The notes under the pieces were generated by a model that made no database searches, was not told the DNA's origin, and worked only from the letters and a program-made list of their open reading frames with translations. Shown here in pieces: positions 9,446 to 18,230 of a stretch of 64,000 nucleotides of DNA (its first letter is position 1; every line of letters starts with the position of its first letter). Position numbers and translations under genes: made by a program. Origin of the DNA: a virus (lineage: Duplodnaviria > Heunggongvirae > Uroviricota > Caudoviricetes); the IMG/VR virus record IMGVR_UViG_3300037010_001573, positions 64,001 through 128,000 of that record. One strand, given 5' to 3'.

Positions 9446-9901
9446 TTATTCTTTTTCTAATTCTTTAATATGTTCTGATATTTGTTCCTCAATAACATCT
9501 TTATGTTTGTCTATTTTATCTAGGTATTTTGTTACTAAGTTGTTTGGGATTAAATCTACTTTAGATGCGTTTTTTAAAATAGAAATAATTTGAAATATTA
9601 AAAAAGGAGGTAATATAGTCGAACTTAACCAATCAACCCCATGGAATCCTTTTTGAATAGAAAGAACTATTGAAAGTAATATTACCCAAAACACAAATGT
9701 TTTTATAACTTTAATAGCTTTATACGTCTTAAAACCTTCTCGTTTTATACCGGCCCACATACCAAAAAAACCATCAGCAAATATAACCAAGGTTATTGCT
9801 AAATATTGATACACATTATCTATAACAAGATGATTAAAATATGATATTACGAATGAGAATAAAGTTGTCAATGATAATGTTATTATAGTTGTTGTTTTCA
9901 T
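9446..9901 (-). CDS. Holin-like membrane protein
   Basis: Several TM helices, IISILKNA-like motif, charged C-terminus; next to the endolysin. Confidence 0.7.
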   Translation of the reverse strand: MKTTTIITLSLTTLFSFVISYFNHLVIDNVYQYLAITLVIFADGFFGMWAGIKREGFKTYKAIKVIKTFVFWVILLSIVLSIQKGFHGVDWLSSTILPPFLIFQIISILKNASKVDLIPNNLVTKYLDKIDKHKDVIEEQISEHIKELEKE

Positions 9902-9906
9902 ATAAC

Positions 9907-10518
9907 CTATTTAACGTATTCGTAATATTTTTTAGTTTTTAATTTTCTATCATCCAAACCAAGTATACCTCCGTTAATTCTTTTTGTAAGAGCTGTAATT
10001 GATTTGTCATCTACACCTTGATCACATATTGACCATAAATTGTTATTCTCAAAGAAAAACAATGCAGATTCAAAAGCATATTGTGTTGCTACCAGATCAG
10101 GATTAGCCATTATTTCTGGGATTGATAAGTATTTTGCCAACATCATATAATTTTCTCTACCCGTTGTTTGAATTGCTCCTCTTCCTTTAAACCTCCATCC
10201 ATCACCCGAAGCTTCGTTCCCATTACCCATTCTATTACAATAGACATGGTTGGCTATCTTTTCTGGTTGTCTAGTATATATTTCTGATATATTTCCAGGA
10301 AAATATTTTGGAAATGTTTCTTTTAACCCTTGTGCATTGTAATTTAAATTTTCAATGAAAATAGTAAAACCACCGGTTTCATGTGATATTTGTCCGAAAA
10401 AATGAGCAGCTCTAAATGGTGTTAATTTAAAGTAACTCATCGCTTTATTCATTGTTGTTGGACCAAAAATACCATCTGGTATTAATCCCAACTTTTCTTG
10501 TAAATTTTTTAAACTCAT
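9907..10518 (-). CDS. Endolysin, glycoside hydrolase family 19 with N-terminal peptidoglycan-binding segment
   Basis: LQEKLGLIPDGIFGPTT, HFFGQISHETGG, ENLNY, FKGRGAIQTTGRENY, KRINGG. Confidence 0.92.
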   Translation of the reverse strand: MSLKNLQEKLGLIPDGIFGPTTMNKAMSYFKLTPFRAAHFFGQISHETGGFTIFIENLNYNAQGLKETFPKYFPGNISEIYTRQPEKIANHVYCNRMGNGNEASGDGWRFKGRGAIQTTGRENYMMLAKYLSIPEIMANPDLVATQYAFESALFFFENNNLWSICDQGVDDKSITALTKRINGGILGLDDRKLKTKKYYEYVK

Positions 10519-10521
10519 GTA

Positions 10522-10779
10522 TTAATCTGGAATGTTTGGTGTATTTGATGATGGTTTTCTAAATGAAGCAAATTTTTCTATTACATCAGGTAAGAAACTA
10601 CCTAAAGTAATATACATAAAAGCATCAAATATATATTCATTTAATTTTAATTCTTTTCCCATAAAATTAGCAACAATATCAGCTGTAAACCCCAATACCA
10701 TTACTATAAAAGCCATGAACCCAATTATAACTTTTTCATTATAATCGTTTGATTTTTTAAAAATATCTGTAAAAGCCAT
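10522..10779 (-). CDS. Small two-TM protein, possible holin or antiholin
   Basis: Two hydrophobic helices; first gene after an ATATTTAT motif in the lysis cassette. Confidence 0.55.
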   Translation of the reverse strand: MAFTDIFKKSNDYNEKVIIGFMAFIVMVLGFTADIVANFMGKELKLNEYIFDAFMYITLGSFLPDVIEKFASFRKPSSNTPNIPD

Positions 10780-10857
10780 AATATATTATAGTTTTAAATT
10801 AATACACATCAGTAATACAAAACAATTAAAAAACAATAACATGTTTATTATAAATAT

Positions 10858-10882
10858 AAAAAAGCTCAGTAATAACTGAGCT
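10858..10882 (-). terminator. Intrinsic terminator
   Basis: Stem AGCTCAGT/ACTGAGCT with 4-nt loop and T tract on the minus strand. Confidence 0.75.
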
Positions 10883-10903
10883 CTCTTTTAAAATATTGTA
10901 TTA

Positions 10904-11152
10904 TTATAACATCTTTCTTATCTTCTGTCCTAAATCAGAATCATTGGGTGTTTGTTTAATGATTTCACGAGAAACTAAAATATAATCATCCATGTTACGA
11001 ATAACATAAAGGGGAGTTATTATTTCTTTTTTAATATCATTTTCTTTTTCAATTAAATCGTCTATAAGATGATGTCCCATTTTATATAGTTTCGTATGTT
11101 TTTTTAAAAATATCTGGTCTGCATGGGTAAAATTCTCCTTGTACTCCTTCAA
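10904..11152 (-). CDS. Hypothetical protein
   Basis: ORF in the operon; the true start may be downstream of the annotated one. Confidence 0.45.
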   Translation of the reverse strand: MKEYKENFTHADQIFLKKHTKLYKMGHHLIDDLIEKENDIKKEIITPLYVIRNMDDYILVSREIIKQTPNDSDLGQKIRKML

Positions 11153-11414
11153 TAATAAAATATCCTATACTAGCAACCATTACTCCTTCTAAAGTATGTA
11201 CATCTAAATAATTTGTTTCAATTGGAGTATTTCCTTCATAAGCAATATGTTTATTTACTTTTCCATTACTAAATATGTAAATATCATTGGTATTACTTCC
11301 ATTCCATTGAATCGCTTTTATTTTTACTGGTTTCTTACGATATATTTTCCAAGGATGGTTATTTCCTAGGAAGTTTTTATCATAATAATTTTGATCTAAA
11401 TTATCTAATCCCAT
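11082..11414 (-). CDS. Conserved phage hypothetical protein
   Basis: YRKKPVKIKAIQW...TLEGVM...GYFIIEGVQGEFYPCRPDIF pattern typical of a widespread phage family. Confidence 0.7.
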   Translation of the reverse strand: MGLDNLDQNYYDKNFLGNNHPWKIYRKKPVKIKAIQWNGSNTNDIYIFSNGKVNKHIAYEGNTPIETNYLDVHTLEGVMVASIGYFIIEGVQGEFYPCRPDIFKKTYETI

Positions 11415-11415
11415 A

Positions 11416-11826
11416 TTAAAATGTAATTGTAGTTATCTCCTTAATTACTATAGTCTCAGGATCAAAATCTTTATCCAATTGTTTAGCTACTGTTAATTCT
11501 AAAGATACTCCTTTTTTAATTTCTACCCATAGTTCTTTTACAAATTTAGAAGAAATTACTTCATTCTTATCATTTCTTTCTACAGTAAAGACTGCTACTT
11601 TTACTTGTTTATCCATATTGTTTGAATGTGTTATTGTTTGTTGTAATAAATAATTTGCTGTATTCCCGAATGCTTTTAAATCTGTTAAATAAGTTTCCCC
11701 ACTTGATGGAAGGTTTATTATATTAGTATTCTCAATATATGGTGTTGTGCTCCAATTATTTGGATCATATACATTCACCCCAATTGTTCTATTAGTTGTA
11801 TTGTTTGTATTTGTTTGATTGAACAT
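11416..11826 (-). CDS. Hypothetical protein
   Basis: 136-aa ORF in operon context. Confidence 0.55.
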   Translation of the reverse strand: MFNQTNTNNTTNRTIGVNVYDPNNWSTTPYIENTNIINLPSSGETYLTDLKAFGNTANYLLQQTITHSNNMDKQVKVAVFTVERNDKNEVISSKFVKELWVEIKKGVSLELTVAKQLDKDFDPETIVIKEITTITF

Positions 11827-11830
11827 AGTC

Positions 11831-12718
11831 CTAATTGTTGTATTCTTTTAATACTTTTTGAACTGCATCTCTTGCAGTCTCCCATGTTACGGGTCCTGTT
11901 TCGTCTGCATAAGCAACGGGATCTTTTCTTCCTAATTTAATAAATGCTTCGATACGTTCTATTGAAGATGCTGACTTATAGTCTGAGAACCAAGTGTAAG
12001 TCTCTACCCAACCTCCTTCGTCTTTATACCCATCAGTAATACAAATTGGCTTATAAGATGTATTAGTTCTTGAATAAACTTCATCAAAATCTAATTCTAA
12101 CTCTTCACATAATACTTCTCCATCTTTTAAGATATCGAATTTATTACCTTCAAGATAGGGAGTAAAATATCCTACTTTTTCGGCTCCCCAATTTCCTAAA
12201 CGGAAAGCATTATCATCAGCATCTCTAAATTCAACTCTACAATCCGGGTAAATCGAAAAATCCCCAGCATGGATTCCTAATGCAATATCACACTGCTCTC
12301 CTGTACGATTTGCAATTGATAATGCTACGGCTTGAGAAATAGAAGCAAACATCTTGTTTCTGTTAGGAACAACTGTTTCTTTCATATTATCTTGCTCGTA
12401 ATGACCTTCTGGTACATCTTTACCTCCTGTTACTAAAGCTGAATCTAATAGATCAACTAATCCATCTAGTTTGATTTGACGGTAATTTACAGGAATATAC
12501 TTACCAAAATCTTCTCCTCTGTGATTAGTTTCGTAAAAGTTACTGTTAACGTAATCTACTAATGATTGAGCTCTCTCTAGCTCTACTCTGTGTTTTTGAC
12601 CATAGTCAAAACTTATGGCCGTAACAGTTGAGTATTCTTTTAAACAACGTAACAATAAGGTGCTGCTATCCATTCCACCTGAAAGTGAAACCACTACATG
12701 TTTTTTTAAATTTTGCAT
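11831..12718 (-). CDS. queC: 7-cyano-7-deazaguanine (preQ0) synthase
   Basis: VVVSLSGGMDS PP-loop, FDYGQKH, TVVPNRN, GIHAGDFSIYPDCR. Confidence 0.95.
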   Translation of the reverse strand: MQNLKKHVVVSLSGGMDSSTLLLRCLKEYSTVTAISFDYGQKHRVELERAQSLVDYVNSNFYETNHRGEDFGKYIPVNYRQIKLDGLVDLLDSALVTGGKDVPEGHYEQDNMKETVVPNRNKMFASISQAVALSIANRTGEQCDIALGIHAGDFSIYPDCRVEFRDADDNAFRLGNWGAEKVGYFTPYLEGNKFDILKDGEVLCEELELDFDEVYSRTNTSYKPICITDGYKDEGGWVETYTWFSDYKSASSIERIEAFIKLGRKDPVAYADETGPVTWETARDAVQKVLKEYNN

Positions 12719-12787
12719 ATTTTTAATTTTTAAAACTTTACTCCGGTATTTACAAATTATGGAGCTTTAAACTTTATTATAATATAA

Positions 12788-13202
12788 TTATTCTTTTTTG
12801 AGTTTCCAACGATTTTTAGCGGCTTCTTGCATCTTTAACCGAATTTCTTCTGATGGTTTTCTCCCTGTAGCAGCTTTACGTATCTTTTCATTTCTCTCTT
12901 CAGTATAAATTTTATCTTTCCAATCTGATATGTCCCTTTCCTTGGAGATAATCTCTAAGTTTTTGGTTTCTTTCTTGGGATGATTCTACATTCCATTTCC
13001 AATTTTTACCCTTATTAGCTCCTTTGTTACCACAATTTGTAGTGTCTTTTAATTTCCAGGTTTTACCTTGAGTGGTACTTTTTCCTATCATTCTTTTAGA
13101 TTGAGATTGTTTCCATTCTATAGTTTGAGATACAGGGTCATAACTTTTGTTTATTTTATTATAAAATAAAGGATTATTAGAGGCATCATAATATCTATTC
13201 AA
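12788..13202 (-). pseudogene. Degenerate homing endonuclease remnant (NUMOD3-type tail; catalytic domain missing; frameshifted)
   Basis: ORF 12912..13202 (YYDASNNPLFYNK...) continues in the +1 frame as ...KIYTEERNEKIRKAATGRKPSEEIRLKMQEAAKNRWKLKKE to TAA at 12788. Confidence 0.7.
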
Positions 13203-13238
13203 TGTAAATATATGAAAAAGTCAAAAGCTGCCATTTAG

Positions 13239-13283
13239 TTACATTCCTCCACTTAAGGATACCACAACATGTTTTTTAGACAT
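13239..13283 (-). pseudogene. Orphan 14-codon copy of the QueC N-terminus (MSKKHVVVSLSGGM-stop)
   Basis: Direct translation; KKHVVVSLSGGM is identical to QueC residues 5-16. Confidence 0.85.
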
Positions 13284-13343
13284 AATTTATAATCTAATTT
13301 GTGCCAGGTATTACTAGGATATAGGCAAATCCTTTTATAACTA

Positions 13344-13571
13344 CTATTTTTTCTCTCCTTCGTAAATCTTATTTCCGAAATATTCATCTAAAAATTCTCT
13401 TCGATAAAGCAATATAGTACCTTTGTAACGAGTATTATTAATTTGTCTTGTACCAATTGTTTCTTTTAGTTTTACAGCAGTATCAGCTACTTGTTTTCCT
13501 AAATCAGAACCTGCTGCTTTTCCTAAATAATCAAAAAGAGACATCATGTATGGGGGTTGTGTTTCTTGCAT
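13344..13571 (-). CDS. Hypothetical protein
   Basis: ORF in operon context. Confidence 0.6.
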   Translation of the reverse strand: MQETQPPYMMSLFDYLGKAAGSDLGKQVADTAVKLKETIGTRQINNTRYKGTILLYRREFLDEYFGNKIYEGEKK

Positions 13572-13699
13572 AACGATTTTATTTTAAATTTAAGTATTGA
13601 AAAATAACCAATAGCACCAGCTATTATTGGGGATGTATTTAATAAATGGGGGTGGCCTTCACCACAAGAACCAAACAAATGTCCTATTATTTCACCCAT
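13544..13699 (-). CDS. Small membrane peptide (51 aa) with CGEGHPH motif
   Basis: Manual translation MGEIIGHLFGSCGEGHPHLLNTSPIIAGAIGYFSILKFKIKSLCKKHNPHT. Confidence 0.45.
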   Translation of the reverse strand: MGEIIGHLFGSCGEGHPHLLNTSPIIAGAIGYFSILKFKIKSLCKKHNPHT

Positions 13700-13700
13700 C

Positions 13701-13844
13701 TTATTTAACCCCTTGAGATTTATAATGCTCTGCTTTTGAAAAATTATATGCAGATTGTTCTCTTCTTTCTAATTTTGCTTTTCCCAATGTTGGTAACCAC
13801 TCCATTAGTTGCATGTATTTACTTTTTGATGATGTTTTACTCAT
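13701..13844 (-). CDS. Small hypothetical protein (47 aa)
   Basis: Manual translation MSKTSSKSKYMQLMEWLPTLG...; tightly packed between neighbours. Confidence 0.45.
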   Translation of the reverse strand: MSKTSSKSKYMQLMEWLPTLGKAKLERREQSAYNFSKAEHYKSQGVK

Positions 13845-13850
13845 ATTTTT

Positions 13851-14639
13851 TTATTTATTACAAAATCTTTTAAATCTTTCTACATTAAATTTAATATCTT
13901 CTAATTGATTCTCCAAATTTAATTCCATAAATTCTTCTATTTTATTAGAGGGTTTTTCTAATAAACCAATATCACTATATCTGATGTTTAAAGCACCACA
14001 TATTATTGGATTTGAAGTATCAACAGAATTAATCATTCCTTTAGGCCAGTTATCTCTATAATGGGTAAATTCTTGAGGAGCAGAACATCCTAACAGATGT
14101 ATATAATGATGATCTTTAATTAAATTTTCATCTTTAAATTGTTCTAATAATAACACACGCCCAACAGCTTGGTTTGCTAATTTATTTTCAGTAGGACATA
14201 ATGTTTGGTATACTATAGAAGAATGATTAAAAGCAAAATGTTTATATCCAAGATCAATACAACTCTGAAATAATAATTTAATATCAGATACAGTTTCACC
14301 TTGTAATACAACCATCAATTGAGTTCTTTCAGGCATTTCATATTGTAACCAATGTTTAGCATTAACAGATGTTGTTATTTTGTCATTCCAAGCATCGGGT
14401 ACAATAAAAATATCAGGTTGAATTAGTTTTATTTTTTCACGTAAATCCGCTATAGTATGTGTTACACCTTCAAACAAACCATTATCCATTATGATAAATC
14501 TACCTTTTGCTCGAGCATCTATAAAATATTCTTTGTAAGTTTCATATTTATCTAACAAATGTGGTAAACAATATTCATAGTCATTCCATCCTAAACTATA
14601 AGGAAGCAAAGATAAAGGTAACTCATGTGAAATTTTCAT
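13851..14639 (-). CDS. TGT/DpdA-like transglycosylase-fold protein
   Basis: IIMDNGLFE (cf. TGT/DpdA DSG/DNG motif), FIVPD, HLLG and SVDTS (cf. catalytic Asp strand); lies between queC and queD. Confidence 0.6.
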   Translation of the reverse strand: MKISHELPLSLLPYSLGWNDYEYCLPHLLDKYETYKEYFIDARAKGRFIIMDNGLFEGVTHTIADLREKIKLIQPDIFIVPDAWNDKITTSVNAKHWLQYEMPERTQLMVVLQGETVSDIKLLFQSCIDLGYKHFAFNHSSIVYQTLCPTENKLANQAVGRVLLLEQFKDENLIKDHHYIHLLGCSAPQEFTHYRDNWPKGMINSVDTSNPIICGALNIRYSDIGLLEKPSNKIEEFMELNLENQLEDIKFNVERFKRFCNK

Positions 14640-14893
14640 TATCCTATAAATATTTTTAAATCACGTTCACTCATTATACCACTTTGTTTTTTAATAGAAC
14701 CATCTGTATTAACAACGACAGTTGTTGGAACATTTCTAATTTGGTATTCTATTATCAAATTGTTGGCTGAATCTACATCTATTGTTTCAAAATCAACATT
14801 CGGTGTTTGGTTAGCTACTTTATCAAAAGTAGGTTTATAAGATTGACAAGGTCGGCACCAAGTTCCACTAAATAATATTATTTTTTTCTTCAT
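14639..14893 (-). CDS. Thioredoxin
   Basis: WCRPC active site, IRNVPT. Confidence 0.9.
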   Translation of the reverse strand: MKKKIILFSGTWCRPCQSYKPTFDKVANQTPNVDFETIDVDSANNLIIEYQIRNVPTTVVVNTDGSIKKQSGIMSERDLKIFIG

Positions 14894-14898
14894 TTTTA

Positions 14899-15735
14899 TT
14901 ATTTTATTTTTCTATCATCGTATTCCAAAACTCCTTTAGAATCAGCATATGCTTTTATTTCATCAAACCGGGATATTCTAAAATTCTCACGTTCTTTTTC
15001 AGTAATACTTGCTGCTTTTACTTCAGTCCAACAGTTTGGGGTTTCATATATAACAACTCTATGAATTTTCAAACCTGTCGTTGAGTTTTTATACACTTCA
15101 TCAAACAATATTTCCATTGCTAAGAATACTTCACGTGAAATATTCTCAACAGAAGGATTACAATATTCTCCACGACCGTTTAAAGACATTTCCCATAATT
15201 TGGTACCGTATTCTTTAGTAGTATCGATAAGTTTTGTGTCTTTTGGGTTAAGAATCATACCATGATCTAATATATCATCAATCCATTGACAACCAACACG
15301 TTTGATTTCTTTAAAATCAATTGCATATCCTATTTCATCCATATTTTCAAAGGAAAACGTTAATTCGTAAAGATAAGTGTGTCCCACTTTATTAACATAG
15401 AGACTCTTTATTCTCTATTTCTTATAGTTTCCTATAAGTTTGGACTATATCATCACCAATTGGTGTTGGGCGCTCGTGGAGGTAGTATTGTTAGGCTCAA
15501 CCTCTAGTCTCTGAACTTTTTTAATCCCTTTATCCTAGATTAAACTTAGCTGCTGATTTACTACTTAGTATACTTAATTTTGTATATACCTTTATGGCTT
15601 TAGTGTTCCAGCAATTCACCCAATTTTATATCCACCGACTCTTTAATGGATATTGAAGCACTTCATAAATTCATTCATTACTCTGTGTCCCGAATCAAAA
15701 TTACCTTTTCTAGATATATATTGAGTTTTATTCAT
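14899..15735 (-). CDS. queD: 6-carboxytetrahydropterin synthase, spliced: exon 1 15735-15646, exon 2 15384-14899 (191 aa)
   Basis: Exon 1 MNKTQYISRKGNFDSGHRVMNEFMKCFNIH joined to exon 2 GHTYLYELTF rebuilds the CxxxHGH active-site motif; also has NPSVENI and YETP. Confidence 0.92.
15385..15645 (-). ncRNA. Group I self-splicing intron, 261 nt, no ORF
   Basis: Exon ends in U with IGS GUGGAUAU pairing to AUAUCCAU; P3 UUGGGUG/CGCCCAA; P4 UUGCUG/CAGCAG; R UCAGAGACUA; S GAUAUAGUCC; P9 CUUAUAG-GAAA-CUAUAAG; terminal G. Confidence 0.93.
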
Positions 15736-15742
15736 TTTAACT

Positions 15743-15988
15743 TTAATTTTTTAATACAGAATGCACAATTAATTTATCCCCAATAAATTGTTTTTGTATG
15801 TTATATTTAATAAATGACAACAATCCAATTCTAACAACAGAAACGCTTTCACCTTTTTTATTATTAGTTAATCTTTGTTTTGTTCTGTTTTTTTGAGAAG
15901 GTCCTTGAATATAAGGGTTTTCTTGTGTAATAGGGTTAACTAAAACACCATTCTCATAAATTTTTACATAAGGTACATTTTTTTTCAT
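15743..15988 (-). CDS. Hypothetical protein
   Basis: 81-aa ORF just upstream of queD exon 1. Confidence 0.6.
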   Translation of the reverse strand: MKKNVPYVKIYENGVLVNPITQENPYIQGPSQKNRTKQRLTNNKKGESVSVVRIGLLSFIKYNIQKQFIGDKLIVHSVLKN

Positions 15989-16170
15989 TATTCTTCTATT
16001 TTAAAATTTATAATTTTTTTTTCTAAATCATCAACAATATTACTTATCTCATCAACTTGAGATTCGGTTATTTCATTTTTATTTGAGTATTTTTCCCTGA
16101 TTGAACGTTCTAGCTCAATCAGGTACTCTTGAAATTTATCCTCTTTTTCCATAACTAAATGTACAAACTT

Positions 16171-16370
16171 TTATTTAGATTTCCAAATATAACCAAAGGC
16201 TGTTTTTTATCTTCCTTTTAAACATACCGTTATACAGGAGTTGTTTATTGATTTATATAAGCTTTTTAAGGCTTCTAATATAGATTTAAATTCTTTAATT
16301 AAATTTCCTTGAAAATCGTATTGCTTAATAGATTTACTAAATCTTTCACTAACTGGTTGGGGTTTTGGTT
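16171..16370 (-). pseudogene. NUMOD1-type homing endonuclease tail remnant downstream of nrdA
   Basis: Manual translation KSIKQYDFQGNLIKEFKSILEA...CITVCLKGR*KTAFGYIWKSK; similar to the C-terminus of 3153..3782, with an in-frame TAA and no start. Confidence 0.7.
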
Positions 16371-16429
16371 TGCTATTGGCTTTACTTATTTGGCTTTATA
16401 TTCATATGTAAAAGATCAAAATATTATGC

Positions 16430-18160
16430 TTAACCCTCACAAGAAGAACAAAGATTTTCAACTGTACGTTGGAGGTTGTCCCCCCTCAAAACAGACTCGG
16501 TTCTTAAATAATATAACGTTTTAATACCAAGAATATGTGCTTCTTTATGAACCATACTTATCCATTTGGGTGTATCATTTGGATCAAATGATAAATTTAA
16601 AGACATAGCTTGGTCAATATATTGTTGTCTAATACCTGCTTGTCTTACAATTTCTAATTGATTTATCTCTTTGAATGTTAAAAATATTTCTTTTTCTTCA
16701 TCTGATAATATGTAATCAGGTAATCCTACTACAGAACCTTGATCTCTTAAGATTTGATCCCAAACACTATCAATATTAAAACCTTTAGCATCTAATACTG
16801 TTTCTAATATTGGGTTTTTCTTGATGAATACACCTTTAGCGGTTTTTAAATTAAAAACATTTGCGGGGATAGGTTCAGTTGATGCTGATACTCCACCAGA
16901 TATATTAGCATTAGATACTGTTGGAGCAGTTGCACAATGGTGTGTGTGTCTTAAACCAGTTCCTTTACACCATTCTGGTTCTCCATATTCTTTTGCTTGT
17001 TCTTTAGAAGCTTTTATTGCTTCTTGTTCTATAAAACCAAAAATCTGTCGCGTGTATGTGTCAGATTGTAACCCAACATAAGGTAAATTTTTAGATTGTA
17101 AAAAAGTATGCCATCCTAATACCCCAATACCAATTGCTCTACCTTTTATGGCAGAACGTACCGTATTTTCAAAGAATTTAATATTTTTTGCTCTATCTAT
17201 AAACTCTTGTAATACTCCTTCTAAAAACCAACATGTTAGTTCAGGTAAAGACATACCATTTTCAAATTTATAATCTTTCCACTCATCCCATCTAGCTAAA
17301 TTTAATGAAGATAAACAACATACAAATGAATGAAGTTCATCGGTATAAAGCGCGATCTCTGAGCATATGTTGGTCATGGTGACCTTTAAGTTATTTTGTT
17401 TATACGCTAATGGATTCGCGTTATTTACATTATCTTCAAACATGATATAAGGCTCTCCTGTCTCTAATCTTGTTTTTAATATTTCACCCCATAATTTTAA
17501 AGATCTTGGATCTCTTTCATCTAATTTAGTCATAAAAGCATTATCTATAACAACACATTGATGTAAATTCAAACATTGTCTGTTAACATCTCCTTTAGGA
17601 CGTCTAATATTAAAAAACTCTTCAATATCCGGGTGGTTTATACTTAAATTTACAGAAGCTGCCCCTCTACGTACAGAACCTTGATTTGTTGCTAATATAG
17701 TTGAATCAAATATTTTAGCCCAAGGTACAACACCCTCACTAATACCATTGTCTTTAATATTTTTTCCTCTACCTCTAATACGAGATATACCGATTCCAAC
17801 CCCACCACCTTGAGAAGATAACCTCATTAATTCAGAATTAGAATGAGCAATTCCTTCAATAGAATCATCAACATCTATTCCGAAACAAGATATAGGCATT
17901 CCTCTTTCTGTTCCCATATTTGAAAATACAGGGGATGCAAGACATAACCAATTTTTAACCATTGCTTCGTAAAAATATGGTTGTAAATCTTTTCTTTTTA
18001 ATCTTTTAGCAGATGCTCTACTTACTCTAGCAAATGCCTTAAACATATCTTCATCATGCATTAAATATCCTTTAGATATAATACTTATCCCGATTTCATC
18101 GGCCCATGTTGGGTAGTTCTTACCCTTAACCCACGTACTGGTATCTACATGTAAACTCAT
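16430..18160 (-). CDS. nrdA: Ribonucleotide reductase class Ia alpha subunit (no ATP cone)
   Basis: ASPVFSN, PISCF, GGGVG, TNICSEI, VCCLSSLN, APTVSN, KTLYY, C-terminal CSSCEG. Confidence 0.97.
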   Translation of the reverse strand: MSLHVDTSTWVKGKNYPTWADEIGISIISKGYLMHDEDMFKAFARVSRASAKRLKRKDLQPYFYEAMVKNWLCLASPVFSNMGTERGMPISCFGIDVDDSIEGIAHSNSELMRLSSQGGGVGIGISRIRGRGKNIKDNGISEGVVPWAKIFDSTILATNQGSVRRGAASVNLSINHPDIEEFFNIRRPKGDVNRQCLNLHQCVVIDNAFMTKLDERDPRSLKLWGEILKTRLETGEPYIMFEDNVNNANPLAYKQNNLKVTMTNICSEIALYTDELHSFVCCLSSLNLARWDEWKDYKFENGMSLPELTCWFLEGVLQEFIDRAKNIKFFENTVRSAIKGRAIGIGVLGWHTFLQSKNLPYVGLQSDTYTRQIFGFIEQEAIKASKEQAKEYGEPEWCKGTGLRHTHHCATAPTVSNANISGGVSASTEPIPANVFNLKTAKGVFIKKNPILETVLDAKGFNIDSVWDQILRDQGSVVGLPDYILSDEEKEIFLTFKEINQLEIVRQAGIRQQYIDQAMSLNLSFDPNDTPKWISMVHKEAHILGIKTLYYLRTESVLRGDNLQRTVENLCSSCEG

Positions 18161-18230
18161 AATTATTTATTGTTTATTTTTATTATATTTTTCCTATTTA
18201 TGATGTTAATAGGATTATAAGTGATTTACT

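Noticed and set aside
12719-13238. Group I intron in queC
   Set aside because: No catalytic core sequences; the upstream piece ends in G rather than U; the downstream queC already has its own complete N-terminus
16309-16524. Plus-strand 71-aa ORF with hydrophobic stretch
   Set aside because: TTG start; overlaps the nrdA 3' end and is antisense to an endonuclease remnant that explains the sequence better
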